Of a stretch of 64,000 nucleotides of DNA, positions 1 to 13,054 are shown one piece after another (position 1 is the first letter of the stretch; the number at the start of each line of letters is the position of its first letter). Origin of the DNA: Camelus dromedarius (Eukaryota); assembly GCF_036321535.1 (NCBI RefSeq), contig NC_087436.1, forward strand, positions 115,136,001 through 115,200,000, in the 5' to 3' direction. Made by a program: the position numbers and the translations under genes. The notes under the pieces are model-generated. The model saw only the letters and a list, made by a program, of their open reading frames with translations, had not been told where the DNA came from and searched no databases.

Positions 1-39
1 TGCTGGCCTAACCACTGTTGACATCTTTCACCTCACTAA

Positions 40-160
40 ATTTAGCTCCTTGAGTGCAAAGACCATGTATTATTATTAATTTCTGGTATCTTGACATCTA
101 GCAAAAATACAGCAGCTATAAAGCTGTTCAGTAAATATTCAGAAATGAATGGATGAGTGG
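40..160 (+). mobile_element. L2 LINE 3' end remnant
   Basis: agctccttgagtgcaaagaccatgt...cagtaaatattcagaaatgaatggatgag resembles the L2 terminus with its (TGAA)n tail. Confidence 0.55.
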
Positions 161-279
161 TCCACTCAAGTACCCAATGAAAGACTTTGGGTGAGGAAAA
201 TGAATGATCGGAGTCAGTCCTTCGACAGGCTGTTCCGCTGCTGCTGTAGTTTTGGTGGCGTGGGAAGACCGTGGGCTCT

Positions 280-490
280 CAGATCTGACATTCTGAGACT
301 TGAGTCACATTTCAAAGTGCTTGTTAAGTTTATATCTCGGGCCAAGTGACCTGGTTTTCCTGAGTCTCAGTTTTCCTGTGTATAAAATGAAACTAGTTCT
401 TACCTCGTGGCTTTTTATGGGGATTAAAAAAGATGATGGCCGTGCGTGGCCGGTACAGAGCCTGGCGTCGGGAGAACTTCTATCAGTGTT
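280..490 (+). mobile_element. MIR SINE
   Basis: MIR core: gggccaagtgacc...tgagtctcagttttcctgtgtataaaatg. Confidence 0.65.
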
Positions 491-699
491 GTCTGCTTGC
501 CCCCTTCTTTTCTAAGACCGAATCACTCAATTGCCTACAAAGAGGGCGAATTTATTTGCCTACTCTTCGTTACGAGGAGAAAGGCAGCGAGGGTTATCCC
601 ATAGTCCTGCGCTTGATAATCTGATGGATTATTTGCTGGCTATATTGTGTTTGAATCCTCTTGATAGCCTCCGGGTAACTAAGGTACCAAGGTGTGCGG

Positions 700-812
700 C
701 AGGGCCGTCCCCATTTTACCGAGGGCGAAACTGAAGCTTGGGGTGTGAAATAGCCTTGGGCCACGTTTCAGTCAGTGGGCATGTTAGGATCCTCATCCAA
801 GTCTGTGCTGAG
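700..812 (-). mobile_element. MIR SINE (antisense)
   Basis: ccccattttaccgagggcgaaactgaagctt resembles the antisense MIR core cccattttacagatgaggaaactgaggct. Confidence 0.6.
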
Positions 813-2234
813 TCGAGCTCCGAACCGGTGTACCGGCTCTCGGAGGATGGGCAGGCAGTTAGGAGACCCCGAGGACCGCCCCTGCTCCGGAGTCCTCTCA
901 GGGTGTTCCCAGGATCCCAAGGAGCTGCTTGAGAGTGCTTTGTCCTGACAGCAGGAACCAGGCAACAGCATCCTAACGAGGGAGGGTCAGGGCTGGGAGA
1001 GGTGGCGTCCCCTTTTGTTGGGGCGCTCTGCCCTCTGCTGGCTGCTTTAGTGGCTTTCTACACTTCGGTTATTTAAAATGCCAAGTAATCACTTTTTTTA
1101 TTAGCTCCCCTTGGTGGTGATCAAATTATTTCAAATAAGAATACTTCATGATATATGTAAATAGTTCATAAATATATGACTATTTTCAAGGATATGTGTG
1201 TGTGCTCACCCACAAAACTACAAAGCAGAACCCGATGCCCGTCGCACAATTAGGTGATAAAACAATATTGCGTCAGTGGATGATGGGAAACACACACAGG
1301 AAGAGCGCAAAGAAATTAAAATGGATTTAAGGATAGATTAAGGTGATGGAAGAAAGAATGACAGAGCTACAAAGGAAACTGAACGGTATGGTGCAGTGAT
1401 AAAAATAACTACTATTAATTAAGTAAAGGCACAAAGGCACGGAGAGGTGGCGTATCTTGACCAAGTTCTCAGCCAAATGGGCGGCCAGATACCCGCATTC
1501 ACCTTGGCTTCCTGGGCAAATCAGCACAGCCCTGCCCTCAGGCTCTAGGCTGCTAAAGACCTTGATACCAAAACCTAAAATGAGTGGTGGAGGGGGAGAT
1601 GGTCCAGAAAGTCTGAAAAGGAAGTGAGAGTGTGTGTTCCCTCAAGAGTGACAGGTGCAAGTGTGGATGGGGTGAGGAGCTGCGGGGGAGAGAGACAGGT
1701 GTCCCTCCGATCCGCGCTGTATAAATATTGTTTCATGTTAAGTCTCAGAAATACCAGAAGGGCTTGAGTTTTCAGCAATGGCTTCAGATGAAGGAACCGA
1801 GGCTCACAAAGGGCTCACAGGTTGAAAATGGATGGTCATCTTTGTCTCAGGAACTGAGAGGTAGTGGTCCTCCATGTGCCAGGCTTGGGAGCCAATAACA
1901 GAAGCATCTGGAAGTAGGCAGGAACCACACAACATGTAGATGGGGAGCTTGCTGGATTCCAAGCCCTGGTTTAACGCTGCGTTTCTCAAAGTTTGATGTG
2001 TGCACAAAAAACGGCATTTTGCTAAAATACGGGCTTGGACTCGTCAAGTCTGGAGGGGGGCTTCCAAGTGTGCTGTTCTAACCAGCTCCCAGCTGACATC
2101 AGTTCTGCGGGTTCATGGACCACACTTCAGTAGCAAGATTCTTAAACACTCAGCTTGGTGTCTGGCAAAATGCTGTTGCTCCCTGTTTCTTAAAAGAATG
2201 TACAAATTAATCAATTGATCAATCAGACAATGTT

Positions 2235-2415
2235 ATACAAAATTCTTCATACAAAATAAACAACAAGGTCCTTCTATATAGCACAGGGAACTATATTCAG
2301 TACCTTGTAGTACCTATAATGACAAATGATATAAAAAATGTTTAACTGAATCACTATGTTGTACATCAGAAATTAATGCAACATTGTAAGTTAACTATAC
2401 TTCAATTAGAAAAAC
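2235..2415 (+). mobile_element. 5'-truncated L1 3' UTR (artiodactyl type)
   Basis: ataaacaacaaggtccttctatatagcacagggaactatattcag...aactatacttcaatt; degenerate TSD atcagacaatgtt (2222-2234) / atcggccaatgtt (2416-2428). Confidence 0.8.
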
Positions 2416-5349
2416 ATCGGCCAATGTTGACATTTCCGCAATTACAATAGAGTCATGAGTCAGCAGCCTGTGTCTTCTTGCCGGCCTAAAATCCGTTTAG
2501 TTGAAATGATTGCTTTCCCTTATTTTGCCCTCTGGATGGTCACACTTTTCGTGCACTATTTTCACCTACTTTTGTTAATTAAAGTTATCGGCATGGCGAC
2601 AGGAAGCACTGCTCCCCAGACTGGGATATTTGGAGACAACAGTTTTAAATAAGGGTGTCTTAAAATATTGCCGAAAAATTCTGACACTTGGGCTTTAGGA
2701 ATTTTCTCACTTATTTCTTTCCTTCCCTCCCTTCTCCTGGACTTCCTTTTCCTTCTGACAAAGCACGAATCTGAAGCACCTGGATTTTTGTGGTTTCTAT
2801 TTTCTCATTTCCCGTCTCTGTATGTGGCACTTCGGGACAGGAGCTGTCTTCGGGAAATGCAGCTGCAAATAGATCCCCTACCCCACCCCCCACCTCACCC
2901 CACCCAGACCCCAAACGTAGAGGAATTATTCTGGAAGCGATTCTGGCAACATCCCCACGTCAGCGTCAACTAACTCACTATTTCTGGACTGGGTCTGCAA
3001 ATTCATCACCCAAATCAGCAAAACTGGGGGGTCCAGGTACTTAATGGGCATTTTATCGCCTTCAAAACAGCGCTGCCTGGTCTGCCTGTTTAGCGTTTTG
3101 CTGAACACCACGTGGAACTGATGAAATCGTCCCCAGCCTCAGCTGATCATTACTACTGGCTTTGCTCTCCCGTTCCCCAGGGGGAAACAGAGAAGAGCTG
3201 GAGGAAGGGGGATGAGGGCAGTGTCTGATGCCACCTGCTCTTCTGCATGTTCTTATCTGTACCCTAGCTTCTGGATTGTCAGCAAAAGGCATTGGAGAAG
3301 CTAGGGAAATGTCTCAACGCCATATTGAGGATGTCATCCTCTAAACTCAAATCTTAAAGTGAAAAATAGATATCAATATATACATATATATATACACACA
3401 CACATAATGTCATCTATATAATGACTTTAATAAGACCTATGTTCTGACTGAGTGCTTTGAATCACGGCTCACAATGACAGCCAGATTGGCAGCCCCCCCA
3501 CACTTCCAGTCAGCCACAAAGGGAAATTGGGTGTCTCCCACTGTAACAACACCAACAATAATAATTTCTATATCATGTTCTATATTAATATAAGATAATA
3601 TAGGATTATGTGTTAACATTTATTGATACTAATGATGATATTATTCTAAAAGCTATTGTAAAGGTTATAAAGCGTTGGTGTTGGAGGAAGAAAGGAAGAA
3701 GGGAAAGCATTCCCCTCCGATCGCTTTAACACGATCACGGTGTTCATTGTGTTCACTGTGACATTCTTCCTACCATTTCATCGCATACGTCCTGTTTCAC
3801 AGGTCTGTGCATAGTAACCTTGTAATTTTGTGTCCTGATTTTTTTTTCACTTACCATTTCACCTACTGTCACGAGCATATTTATATGCCATGAGCCAGTA
3901 TTTATGTTGATTAATTTTAATAGCGTTGTAATGTCTTATCAAGTAAATACAAACCGTTTTTTTTTTTTCACTAGCAAATCTACTCTGGTATCTCCCATTA
4001 ATAATAAAAGTTTTCAAAGGTGGAGACTAAGATGCTTTGAAATAGTGCCTGGACTTCCACACCAAGATCTTAGAAACCAGTGTCCTCTCGCACATATTTT
4101 AGACCCTCAGGTAAGCCAGTGTGGAAAGGGGATGTCGGCTGACTTGGATTCTTTTACTGGTTCAACCAGTCCGACTACTTTCCACACTCTGCTTACTGTT
4201 AATCCTCAGTGTCTATGAAATCGGGCTCAGTGGCATCTATTCCTCTTGCCTTAAAGCGCCACAGTGAGGGCTGCACGCAGGGAAGCACGTTCAGACCTTG
4301 ACAGCAGCTACACAGCATAGCATAAGGCCATTTGGTTGCTGTCAATTTATGCTATTTCTGTAAGCCTCGTGCTGTGCGTTTAATTTTGGAAAGACTAAGG
4401 AGCCTTGGCAGTTACTGGAGAGCACCACCATCAGCACCAAAATTCAAAAGCAAGCAAACACACAGCTTGGCTAGCGGGCGCCCAGAAGAATCAACAACGT
4501 AAACCATGGTGGGCTTCACCTGGAACCTTTGCGGCTGTGCAGGGGGCCACCTTCTCCCAGGTCCTCAGGCTCTCTCTACCCAGGAGTCCATCTATCCCCC
4601 TCACTCATGTTGTCACTTGGACTCCCTGATCCTTTTCCAGCTGCAGTTCTGTCTCTTTTTATTGCAGGCTGGAATGTCATTTGATTCCATCTGTTCTTTT
4701 GCTTTAGGCTAAAGGGGATTGCAGATTTGTGAGGGCTACATAGAAAGTGAGGGCGAGACAAGTCATGTGGCTTTAGAAACAACCACTCGCAAAATTAAAG
4801 AATCAGAATTTGTCCACTGCTGATAAATGCTGGGACATTGTCATGCACGAAATATCTGTCTCTCTCTGATCTCAGCAAGTATGGGAGAGTGAGGAATAAA
4901 ACCTACCTTGCCGCTTTCACTTAACCACAAACCACTCGACTCAATTTAAATGTGACGTACTGGGGAATACTGTCGTAACAAGTGCCACAAAGTGGTAAAC
5001 CCTAGTGAAGAAAACCATCGATGAAAGTAATATACACGAGTATTTGATCTCAAAAATAACAGCCAGGCAGTTACCGTCTAACAGCACCTTGTGCTACATC
5101 TTTCTTCTGCTGATGGGCGCAGCACAATCTGGTGCGTCAAAGGAAGCATGGATACAAATGGAAAACCGCCACTCACAACTCGTCTTTCCCAGTAAGACAT
5201 TATTCCTTTCTTTCCGTTGGTTGACTTTCAAAGTGACTTTGCCAGTGTCTTCAGAGAATTATTTGTCTCACAAATGCCTTCCAGTAAGTTGAGTTTCTTT
5301 TTTTTTTTCCATTCATAAAAATTCATAGGTCAACTGTCATTCATGTTGT

Positions 5350-5666
5350 TCTTGGCAGAGATGATTAAGCTTCCTGCATCTCCATCTGCTCCTCTCATTC
5401 CCAGCCTGCCTTGTGGTTAGGTTGGGCCATGTGACCATTTGGGGCCAATGGACTGAGAGTAGAAGTGACCATTAAACCTGGCAGGCCTCTTCCGTCCCTT
5501 TCTGTCCATGCTGCAGCAACCTGGGGGGTCATGCTTTCCTGGTGCAGTTGTTGAACCCACATCCAACTGTGATGCAAGTGAAAAACAGACATTTATTGTA
5601 TTAAGTCCTTGGGACTTCAGGGCTTCTCTGATGCACGAGTTAGCGTTAATTAACCTGGCTAATACA
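5350..5666 (+). mobile_element. Old MaLR LTR (MLT1I/J-like)
   Basis: ttaggttgggccatgtgaccatttggggccaatggactgagagtagaagtg and the LTR end ctggctaataca. Confidence 0.65.
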
Positions 5667-6470
5667 GCTTTGCAACAAAGCAGGTTCAAATGCCCAAATG
5701 GCTCGGGTAAGGGACATATTTGCAGATCTTTCCAGTATTTTACACAGCTAATTGGAGAACCATGCCTGCTGCATAGATAATTTAAATTCACTGTTCGGTT
5801 ATTTTCAAGAGATTGTTTTGCCACATGAATTTTCCTCAGTGGTTATGATTATCTCTCTTCCTCTTCTTAGAGTGCTTTTGTTCTGTACGTGGTCATCTTT
5901 ACTAGGCTGTTAGATGCTGAATAACTTACTAATTCTATGAGATTAGTTTCTATCTCCAACAAGACATGACTTAATAAGGTGTGCTGGCAGCATATGGTTG
6001 GTGCCAAATATATAGCTTATGAATAAATAAATGAACACACCCACTTCAGTATCTATTTTTCAGAAATGGCAATTTTAATGACTTGTTTCATTGCAAGATA
6101 CATAACCAAGTATTATTGCGGTAATGCTGTATGACCGGAGAAGAAGCTACAGAATTATAAGTTCTGAGACTGACTCTCACCTCCACAGGACCAGCTGCAA
6201 GACTTTCTGCAAGATTTCTCTCCTCTCTCAGCCTATTCCCCACCCCTAATAGAACAGAAATGAAGGGATATTTCATTGGGTTGTTGTAGAAATTAAATGT
6301 ATGAAACTACTGAATGTAACTGTGATCTCATCAGACACACACTAAAGGACTCTCTCAATAAATATTAATTATTCTCAATAAACATTATATACTTCAGCGG
6401 AATCACAGCCTCACTTAAGAGATTAAAAAAACCACACAAAAATCCTCCAGTTCAGGTGATTTATGGTTTA

Positions 6471-6489
6471 TGACCACCAGATGGCACCA
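6471..6489 (+). promoter_or_regulatory. CTCF motif (forward)
   Basis: TGACCACCAGATGGCACCA matches the core consensus CCASYAGRKGGCRS. Confidence 0.65.
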
Positions 6490-8450
6490 TTGAGTCAACA
6501 GCAACAATTTTCCTGGACTAATTGGGTGCGGGGGGGATGTCAATTCTGAAAGTCTAAAAATGTGTATTTATCCAGTGTGAACATAACACAGATCGTTGCT
6601 AAAGATTATGAGCTCTGTGATGTGTTTTTTTCATTTTTATTTCTGTTTAATAATTAGGAAATAATTCACCATCAGCAGATTGTTAGTCTTACTATTATTA
6701 TCACCATCATCATCATTGTCATTATGACGAAGCAATGGAAATGGAGACATTGTTATGTTCGTAGCCCAGGGATGTTTATCCGGGAATTATCAGGCTTTCA
6801 CAAAGGGAAAAAGAAAGTTTCAAATTCCTTTTCTGGGGGACACTTAAACTTTGCCAGGGCAGAAGGAAAGTCATTGTCATGTAGATGAGTTCCCCAGTGA
6901 CAGGAAGGAGAATGAACCCCACTCCTCTGGGCAGCTGGGCTGCAGAAAACGAGCAAATATAGTCTCCCTTGGAGACTCTCTCCCCCGAAGCCCCCTCCTC
7001 TGAACTCCCCCACCCCACAGACTCCATTCCACTTCCTCTGTCTCTTTTGATCCTTTGACCCAGATTGACAATCATGCAGTTCCAATCGCTTCTTTGCCTT
7101 TTAAGCTGGTGAGGGCTTCAGATATCTGTGGGCTGAGGAGGAAAAGGAAGAGAGCTTCACTTCACTAAAAAAAAAAAAATAATAATAAATAAATAAATAA
7201 AATAAAATATTTTAAACATTTAGAAAAGTATGGACAGCAACACCACCTGTGTGCTCACCACCTTCCTCTGACAACTGTGATCATCCATCGTACTTATTTC
7301 AGCTCTTTTAAAAAATATAGGCAGCTGAAATCTCCACCCACAATCCTCTTTTCTTCTTTCTCTCTCCAGAGATAATTATTACTGGAGAATTGGTAAGTAT
7401 CTTGGAATGCACACACCGATTCTCCAGCTGTTTATTTATATAATGGCTATGAAGGTAATTCTGTGCCCCACACTTACTTTCTCTGCTTTGGAAAAGCAGG
7501 GAATTAGGCAGGTAGAGGTAGAACCCTTTGGTGTTCACTTGTCCTTCCTCCCTCCCTCCCCACAGAGACCTGTGCTGGGTCTGTCTGGCCCCGTCTTCAT
7601 TTCACATTCTCATTTCTCAGGGTGCTGCATGAAAAGGTGTCTGCGATTTAAACTCAAAGGGCAGAGGTCCAGGGCCAGCTCTGCTGTGAATGCACTGGGA
7701 GATCTTGGGCAAATCACATCATTTCTCTAAGGTGCATCAGGTTATCAATGTAAAATGTCTGAAATCGTACTGTTTCTATGGGGATCATTCATTTAATCTC
7801 CAATGATGTATTGTAGATTTTTGTTGCAATTTAAAATTATGTATTTCTATTGCTTGGCACTAGAAATGCAAACTCAAATAAGACAGTGTCTCTAGAAAAA
7901 AATTTTCCCTTAAGTGGAAAACAAGAGCAGGGAAAACAACTACTATCTGATGCGATCAGTGCTATAACTGAGATGTTTCTTTTTTGCTGTGGGAGCCCGG
8001 GAGAGGAAACGTTAGTTGTGCCCTTAGGCATCAAAGGGAGCTTTGTTGTTGTTTTTGTGTGTTTGTTTGTTTGTTTATTGAAGTGTAGTCAGTTTACAGT
8101 GTTGTTTCAATTTCTGGTTGTTGTTTGGTTTCGATTTTGATTTTTTTAAGGTGGCAATCTGAGTTGTGCTACATAGACACGATAGAGAAAAAGAGGAGAG
8201 TGAAATCAGGGTGTGTCTGGCTCTTACTAACGCCTGGCACCGAACCCATCCGACCTCACTTCCTTTCTCATCTGTCCATTTGTATGTTCTCCTTTCTGTA
8301 CTCCGTGCTTACACTGTGCTTGGTATGGAGTAAAGGAGCTTTTGTCCCTGTTTGCCAGATAAGGATGCTCGACACAGAAAGACAGCAGCCCAGAGAGCAG
8401 GGCATGTGAGGGCGGCACCCGAGTCCCCACACGCTCTCGTGGCACCGCCT

Positions 8451-8478
8451 GGGTGAGGGGTTGGGGGGTGGGAGGGGG
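8451..8478 (+). other. G-quadruplex-forming motif
   Basis: GGGTGAGGGGTTGGGGGGTGGGAGGGGG: five G-tracts with 1-3 nt loops. Confidence 0.6.
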
Positions 8479-9574
8479 CCTGGAGGCGTGGGCCAACCTC
8501 CACTCATTCCCCCCTGAAAATGAGTTATTTGGGGATGCTCTTCCAAGTCAAAAATGGCCTTGTGTTATTGGCCATCTTTGCCAGTGTCTCAGAGTGTGCC
8601 CCTCCCTCCTCCTTGCAGCTCCCAGCTACCCTGGCTGACGAGAGCCCACCTCTCTTGGTTTTCCTAAACCTCCTCCCACATGCTTTCAGCCCCTCAGAGG
8701 CCCGCACCTTAAAGGTGGCTGCCTCCGGGGTCCACTGCTTTTACTTTACGCCTTTCATCACAAGCCCTCATAGCTATTCCTGGAGTTTCAGCCCCAGCCT
8801 CTGCACCAAGCCCTGGACCCCGCTCTCTGGCTCTCACCATCCAGTCCCACTTAGAGCTTCTTAATCAGGGAACTCCTTCCGGAAAGCCAGGGGTCAATCT
8901 TACATCCTTCATGACACTCATTACAACGCTATATTATCTAAATCCATGTGGTTGTTTGTTTAAAACCTTTCTCCTTTTCCAAACTCTAAGTTCTGTAAAG
9001 ACAGACTGTATCTGTTTAGCTCGAAACTGCATATCCTTCTCCTAGCATGAGAACAGTATGCAGTAAGTGCTAAATAAATGTTTGTTAATAGACACACTCC
9101 TGGTGAGAGAAAAATGAGTTCCTAGATACCCATCTTTAGTGTACAGCATGTCACTTTTGTGAGCTCTTAGCCGATGCATCTGACTTGTCACCTGATGCCC
9201 GAGAGACCCTGCACGCACACAGGGGGAGTGTTTGCACCTAAACCTGCTTCCCCTCTATTCTCTCAATGGCTCAATGGCGTTGGACCCGTGGTCCACGGGA
9301 CGACCCCCAGCCTGGAATTCTCATTCATCAGAGACTTAACTTCTCTCTCTCTCCCTCTTCTCCTCCACTCAAATAATCACTCATTCACGCTGACGGTCCT
9401 GCTAAGTATTTTGCAGATCTGTCCCCTTCCTGTCATCACATCCATGTGATTATGAACCTCCTTCCAACCCCCACGTTCTCCCAACAGCATCGCTCACAAT
9501 AGCCTTTCTTTAAAGCTATCCTTTTTGGTTTAGTTATTTAAAAGCTACCCTTTTTAGTCATAACCCTTTAGTTA

Positions 9575-9890
9575 CGAAGGTTTCCCAAACTTCAAACTTC
9601 TGTGTACTGCCCTCAGAATCCCTTTTGCCACATTCATCGTATCTCTGTAGCAACTCTATTGTTACTTTTATTATTAAAAATAGACTTTGACCTTCTTTTT
9701 AAATGTAGCTAAATATCTGCTAAGCCATAACATGAACGAAACCAGTTTTCCTATAGTAGTTGTCATTTTTCTACCATGTAAGAGATATAAAATCATTAAC
9801 GTTAAAAATATTAATTTAAGTGTCACCTAAACTCACGTCACTTCACACATCCCCTGTGGAGTGTGTAACACATTCTCCAGACACTGAACA
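9575..9890. mobile_element. hAT-Charlie MITE remnant (MER113-like)
   Basis: Starts gtttcccaaactt, AT-rich core, ends tgtaacacattctccagacactg; resembles recalled MER113. Confidence 0.5.
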
Positions 9891-12800
9891 GTCCTTACTA
9901 TGTACGATTCGCATTGTGAGAGCTCCCCCCACTGCGTCTAACTGAATGTGCTGTGTCCCATCTGATCGAGTCATTACAGCGACGCCTACGGTACGTCTGA
10001 TTCTCTCTGTCGTACAGGAGAGAACATTGGAGGCTGGAGACCTTGAGTAATGTGCTCAGCGGTCAGTAAGGGACCTGGATGGGAAGCCACGTCTATACAA
10101 CCCTACTCGGCTCAGGAATCTGCTGTCCCTGCTTTGGCTGTTGGCCATGGTCCTGAACTCTCGCATCCCTTGTGTTGCACCCTTTAACGTCACCCCGCTG
10201 CTTACGGATAGAAGCCCACACACCTTAGCGCAGGAGAACAGCCCCTGTTCATGAGCAATTCCTACCTGTCTTGTCTCATCTTTCAATTTGCTCCTCCTTG
10301 TGCTCTGATCTCCAGAACTCTGATCTGCTGGCTGGAGCTCATGCCCTCTGGGTGATTTCTCGCTTCTGGCCTCTCTTGATGCTGTTGCCTAGGGTTGGAA
10401 GTCTTCTCTCTCCACTGCCCTGCCATCCCGTGGGCCCTTTCTCACCTCTCCTCCTCTGTTAACACCACACGCAGCCTCGCCCTCTTTGAGACGCCCTCCT
10501 GAGAGCTCTTGCCCCCATTCCCAGGGTAGGCGGTCGGGTCTTTCCTCACACTGCGTGCACCTGCATCCATGTCACCCCGTCATGTCACAGCCACCTCTGT
10601 GCTTCTGTGCTCCTCCTGGAAGGCAATGTCCCCGGCAGAGAGGACCTGTGTTTGTCTGTTTGCTTATTTACCTACCTCTGTGTCCAGCAAGCCAACCCAC
10701 GTCTAGGTTCAATCAGAATTAAATACAAGAACAAACTCTCTATTTAATGAAAAACTTCATGAGAATAGAAGCTCAGCTCCATCTTTGTATTAGCTGCCCA
10801 CAAAAGACATACAGATTTGTTGAAATAAACTATAGAAACATCTGTTGCATTTAGGACATTATTCTGACCTCATTTACAACTAGATTCTTTTCTGAAAGAC
10901 ATTGGTTGGCTTTCAGAGACAGTATTAAATCATGTGGCCATTAGGTTTTCTTACGGTCAGGTGCTCTTTTTTGTAGGAAGGGGGTGCTCCTTAGGCTTCC
11001 GTGGTTTGTGCCTTTAAGAGCATGACTGTCAGGCTTCTGAGAAGCAGGCCTCCCATTTGTGCTGATGAAGAGCTTGCCCGGAAGCACCTTCCGGAATTCT
11101 GACTGCTCAGCTGTTGGCTTCTCGCCCGGTGCTTGATAACTCTTTTAATTAGCCCCTTGGTGATCTTCCCGCTCTCCAAAAACATCATTTTGTTGCAGGG
11201 AGACAAGGACAATCTCTCTTCCCCGAGAGAGAATTCTGGATCCCGGCCGCACAATCCAATGACGGCTGTGATGTAGTGCAGAGGCCCTTGTTACTGCACC
11301 GCGGCGTTCCAGCCCCACACGGTGACGGCCGTTCACTGTCTGGGGACAGACACCCGTGGGTCATGGGCTCTTTATTCTGAATCAGGTTATTCTGCCGTCA
11401 TTTTCATCATCAGTTAGCCCCCTGCTCCTTTTTCTTTCCAGTAGATTTGTGTTTTCTCTGCTGGGTGCCATGTTACCCAGACCTGGGGATTGAGCCAATG
11501 TCAACTCCACTGTAGTTCTGCCTTTGAGCATCCGAACTACCTCAGTTGGAACTAGTTCCTTCTCCCGAATGTGAGAAGAGGTCATCACTGCACCCCCCCT
11601 TTCTCGGAAAGAAAACGAGATTGAGCTGGAGTTGGGCTTGGTGTGGAAACTTCTCTCCTGCTGAGAAGATTGCTCGGGAGGACACAGGGCATGACTCCCT
11701 TATCTTTGTACTTTCAGTGTTTTCACCCAGTGGGCTGTTTAAGTATTTGTTGAGATGAATGAAAACAAAGTGGCTCGTCTTTCTGTTTCCAGGGTTCCCC
11801 ATATTTGGCAAAGAGACCCTTGCAAATCAAAGATCTGACCCATCTGCTCGGCCTGACGGTGGAAAGACCCTGGGGCCCGGCCCTGTGGGCTCCATCACTG
11901 TCTCCTCTTGCCCTTTACTTGGCATCTGAACCCCCTGGGGCCCTTATGGGGCAGCTGCATGTCCAAGCTCATCATGCCCACTTTCTGAGTCTGCTCTGTG
12001 TTCTGAGCATGACTTGTGTTTATCACAACCTGACACTTCAGAGATCTGAAGGATTAGGACCACCTGGCATTAAGATCTCTGAGGGGTGGGGAGGGTCTGG
12101 ATGTTCTGATTCAGAGTCGTGTTCTGGGTGCCTGGTGTGGTGTACGGCACAGAACAGGTGCTGAGTCAGCCAAGCCTCTATCAGATGCATGAGGAGTCAG
12201 TGAAGGGGTCCACACTCTTCTTACAATGCCCTCTCTCGCCCTCCTACCTGCATCCCCTCCTTCAACTGCCAACTCAAACTCATGCTCTGCTGCTCAATTC
12301 AGATACATATTATTACGGCAGCCTTCTCAGATCAATCCCCAGAGCCTGGGATGAGGTCTTCCTTCTCTGTGACCCCATAATGCCTTTGCAGACTTATTGC
12401 CTTCATCACACCACACTGTCATCTCTCTTTTTATTGGTCTCTCTCCCTCTCCTGTAGGATTGCGGGTGTCAAAAGGTGGAGATTTTAATAGAATCATCCT
12501 AGTTTTGCTGACTTCCGGGGCTCTACTATGGGAGGCACTGAGGATATACTGATTGAATAGATGGCGAATAAAATACGTAATGTTTTGCAGCAATACGATA
12601 TCATAAGCAAGTGGGAAGTCAGCCCAAGCACAAGGATCAATTAAAACACCACTATCTGTCTGGTAGGTGAAACTCGGAAGAAAAGAGACAACACAGCAAA
12701 GGAACAGATCATAGACCTACTGGTCCTTGGGGTCCAGAGAATGCTTTTCTAAGCTCTCCATTGATTTCCAGAGACCTGGTGGGACTCAGGTGCTAATTAA

Positions 12801-13054
12801 CAATGTGCACACAAAGACAACAAGGGAAATGAAGCATCTTTAAATACATTTAAAGCCAAATGTCTCCTGTAGGGATATGGGCAAGTAATTACCCCAAAGA
12901 GATGACAATTACTGCTAAAGGGTCCTGGGATGAGGAAGTGAACAGAAGGTTATGTTCTAGTAAAACAAGGCTCCACACATCTGACTGTAAGCCACTGATC
13001 TTAAAAAAATGCACATTTATAATAACTGATTATTTTGGTGGTCTGGAGATGAAC

